From contig NZ_JAQNDL010000001.1 in assembly GCF_028368995.1 (NCBI RefSeq), positions 3,104,001-3,168,000 on the forward strand: a DNA stretch of 64,000 bases, in the 5' to 3' direction. Source of the stretch: Nannocystis bainbridge (GTDB lineage Bacteria > Myxococcota_A > Polyangia > Nannocystales > Nannocystaceae). Of this stretch, positions 61,643-64,000 are shown piece after piece; within the stretch, counting starts at the first letter, position 1, and the number at the start of each line of letters is the position of its first letter. Below the pieces are notes generated by a model. It did no database searches, was not told where the DNA came from, and saw nothing but the letters and a program-made list of their open reading frames with translations. Position numbers and translations under genes: made by a program.

Positions 61643-63826
61643 GTGTCGCGGCCGCCCACACCTGGCGCTCTCGCGCCTGGGGACCGCAGTCGGCGTCGTC
61701 GGGGCGTCGGACCTCTCGCGCTCCTCGGCTGCTTCCTGTTCTCTGCGGGCCTCAACGTGGCCGCGGTGAGCACGAGCCTGCTGGTGCTGATCCGCGCCGA
61801 CGACCGCGTCGCCTCGCACCCGGTCGCGCGCAAGCCCGCGTGCGTCAACGGCTACGAGCGCGGCGTCGACCTGCTGGAGAAGGCGCTGTCGGGCGACGAG
61901 GGCCGACTCTACGACGGCCTCCTGCACACCATCGTCGACGGCAAGTGCGAGACCGAGGTGATCGTCGCATTGGTCGACGACAAGGACCCGGTCGATCCGC
62001 TGGCCGAGCTCGACGACCCCGACCTGCCGGAGCCGCGCAAGAAAGAGCGCGAGAAGAAAAAGAAGGAAGAGGAGAAGCCGCCCGAGCCGCTGCCGGTCGA
62101 GGAGCCGAAGCCCGAGGAGAAGAAGAAGGAAGAGGAGCAGCCGAAGCCCGAGGAGGAGCAGCCGAAGGAGAAGATCGACTTCGAGCTGCTGCAGCTCAAG
62201 ATGGTCGAGCAGCTCGAGGAGAAGGACGAGAAGGAGTCCCCCGACGACGCCCACTACCTCTCCAACGTCAACCGCGACGTCACCGAAGAGACCCGGGCCG
62301 AGATGACCAACCTGCAGCGGGACGCCGAGCAGGCCAAGGCCTCGCAGCAGGAGCCGAGCGAAGAGCCCACCAAGGGCATGGCCAACGAAGAGAAGATCGC
62401 CGAGACGCGCGAGCAGAAGAGCCAGCTCGCGCAGGAGGCCCCCAAGGTCCAGCAGAGCCCGGAGACCAAGATCCCGGAGCAGAACGACCCGCGGGCCAAG
62501 AGCAACCTGGCGATGCGCGACCTGGCCCCGCGCGAGCACTCGCCCGAGATGCTCAAGCACGAGGCCGTCGCCGACGCCGCCAACTCCGGCGAGCTCGCGC
62601 CCGACAAGAAGTCCGCCGCCGCGGTCATGCAGCGCAACAAGCAGCAGGCCGGCTCGTCGGACACCAAATCACCTGTCCTTCGGTTCAGGTTGTCGGCCAA
62701 CGAGATGAACGCGCTGTTCGGGCGCGACATCGCCGAGAAGAAGGACCTCGTGTCCCAGCGCCAGTCGAAGAAGAAGGGCATCTGGGAGGAGGCGCGCGAG
62801 CTGTATCAGTCGCCGCTCGAGAACATGGTCCCCGAGGTCCGGCCCGGCAACCAGACCGCGCTGCGCTCGCGCAAGCACCCGTTCGCCCAGTTCATCGCCA
62901 CGATGCACCGGACGATCCACGACAAGTGGGCGTTCGGCTTCCTCGAGCAGCTCGACACGATGGGCCGCGGCAACGCGCTCAACAAGCCCGACCTGTGGAC
63001 CCGCGTCGAGATCGTGCTCAACAGCGACGGCTCGCTCGACAAGCTGCGGACGGTCCGTTACTCCGGCAACATGCAGTTCGACGGGGCCGCGCGCGAGGTC
63101 GTGCGCAACGCCGGGCCCTACCCGCAGCCGCCGCGCGAGATCTTGAGCGGCAACGGCAAGGTCTACATCCACTGGGCGTTCCACCGCGACGAGCGGGCCT
63201 GCGGCACCTTCGGCGCCGAGCCGTTCATCCTCGACAACTCCGGTCAGGGCGAGCGACCCGATCCGAACCGGGCTGTCCGTCCGGCCAGCTCCGAGTCGGA
63301 GGCGAATGCGTCGCGGCGGCTCGCGCGTCAAGCGGGCCCGGCCGCGCCCGGGCCGTCCGGTCCCGAGGGCCCGTCGGCCCCCGGCGGCCACAACCATGAG
63401 CACGGCGAGGGCGACGGTCACAACCACGGCACCCCGCCCGAGCAGGGCAGCAGCGGCGACCAGCCCGACGCCGAGGCCAAGCACGCCGCCAACGCCTGGC
63501 TCAAGGTGTTCGCCGCCCGCGACGCCGCCAAGCTGGCCGCGCGCGCCAGCCTGCCGTTCGTCATCGGCGACCAGGTGGTCGCTCGCACCCGCGAGGAGCT
63601 GCAAGGTGTCCTTCAGGCCATGCTCGACGAGGCCGGCAGCGGCGCGCCGGGAGCGGCCGAGGTCTTCACCGCCTCCGGCCTGCGCAAGCGCTTCGGCAGC
63701 GTCCCCGCCGGCGTGCAGGAGGGCCTCGGCCGCAACTACGCGGTCAGCAAGGTCCGCGGCGAACCCTTCATCCTGATCCTCGAGCGCCGCTTCGGCGACT
63801 GGCGCGTCGTCGGCGTCGCCCGCTGA
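61643..63826 (+). CDS. TonB C-terminal-domain protein with N-terminal TM and E/K/P-rich linker (start uncertain)
   Basis: TM segment; KEEEKP linker; VEIVLNSDGSL...SGNMQFDGAAREVVRNAGPYPQPP. Confidence 0.78.
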   Translation: MSRPPTPGALAPGDRSRRRRGVGPLALLGCFLFSAGLNVAAVSTSLLVLIRADDRVASHPVARKPACVNGYERGVDLLEKALSGDEGRLYDGLLHTIVDGKCETEVIVALVDDKDPVDPLAELDDPDLPEPRKKEREKKKKEEEKPPEPLPVEEPKPEEKKKEEEQPKPEEEQPKEKIDFELLQLKMVEQLEEKDEKESPDDAHYLSNVNRDVTEETRAEMTNLQRDAEQAKASQQEPSEEPTKGMANEEKIAETREQKSQLAQEAPKVQQSPETKIPEQNDPRAKSNLAMRDLAPREHSPEMLKHEAVADAANSGELAPDKKSAAAVMQRNKQQAGSSDTKSPVLRFRLSANEMNALFGRDIAEKKDLVSQRQSKKKGIWEEARELYQSPLENMVPEVRPGNQTALRSRKHPFAQFIATMHRTIHDKWAFGFLEQLDTMGRGNALNKPDLWTRVEIVLNSDGSLDKLRTVRYSGNMQFDGAAREVVRNAGPYPQPPREILSGNGKVYIHWAFHRDERACGTFGAEPFILDNSGQGERPDPNRAVRPASSESEANASRRLARQAGPAAPGPSGPEGPSAPGGHNHEHGEGDGHNHGTPPEQGSSGDQPDAEAKHAANAWLKVFAARDAAKLAARASLPFVIGDQVVARTREELQGVLQAMLDEAGSGAPGAAEVFTASGLRKRFGSVPAGVQEGLGRNYAVSKVRGEPFILILERRFGDWRVVGVAR

Positions 63827-64000
63827 GTCGGCGTCACGTACCCGGACTCCGCTGCAGCGGCAGCGCCCCCACGAGCTGGCGCAGGCCGCCGCGTCCGCGG
63901 ATCTCGTGAGTGCGGCCCCGAGTCGCGCGTGGACCCCGATGACCTGTACTCCGCGGCGAACCTCGTCGCGTGGCGCTCGCCGAGTCATGCATGCAGCGAG

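Overview
High-GC window of a myxobacterial chromosome, most likely Nannocystaceae-like. The assignment is an inference from a MYXO-CTERM protein, an MglA paralog, the ftsB-dmxA pair, a TIGR04552-like gene, a Myxococcus-type LexA box and many Cys-rich, Thr/Gly-linker lipoproteins. Recognisable content: ABC exporter, orphan MglA-like GTPase, TetR, the sigma54-dependent rtcR/rtcBA RNA-repair locus, a divergent EF-Tu paralog behind a long attenuator-like leader, a complete cyanophycin cluster (iadA-cphB-cphA plus a CphA-like gene lacking the ATP-grasp domain), ECF sigma/cupin anti-sigma, truncated globin, CarH-like B12 regulator, rhodanese fused to a zeta-CA-like domain, fabH, tRNA-Ala(GGC), exbBD-ftsB-dmxA and lexA. 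The most striking unexplained structure is a degenerate 14-bp palindrome, TGTCC-N4-GGACA (more loosely TGYYY-N4-RRRCA), found by eye at roughly 30-35 loci. It forms exactly phased head-to-tail arrays of 3-7 units between genes. It also sits inside coding regions, written with otherwise rare codons and once as an apparent in-frame insertion. This pattern suggests a chromosome-wide protein-binding or repeat system. No CRISPR array, transposase or integrase was seen. All calls are from motif reading; no database searches were run.
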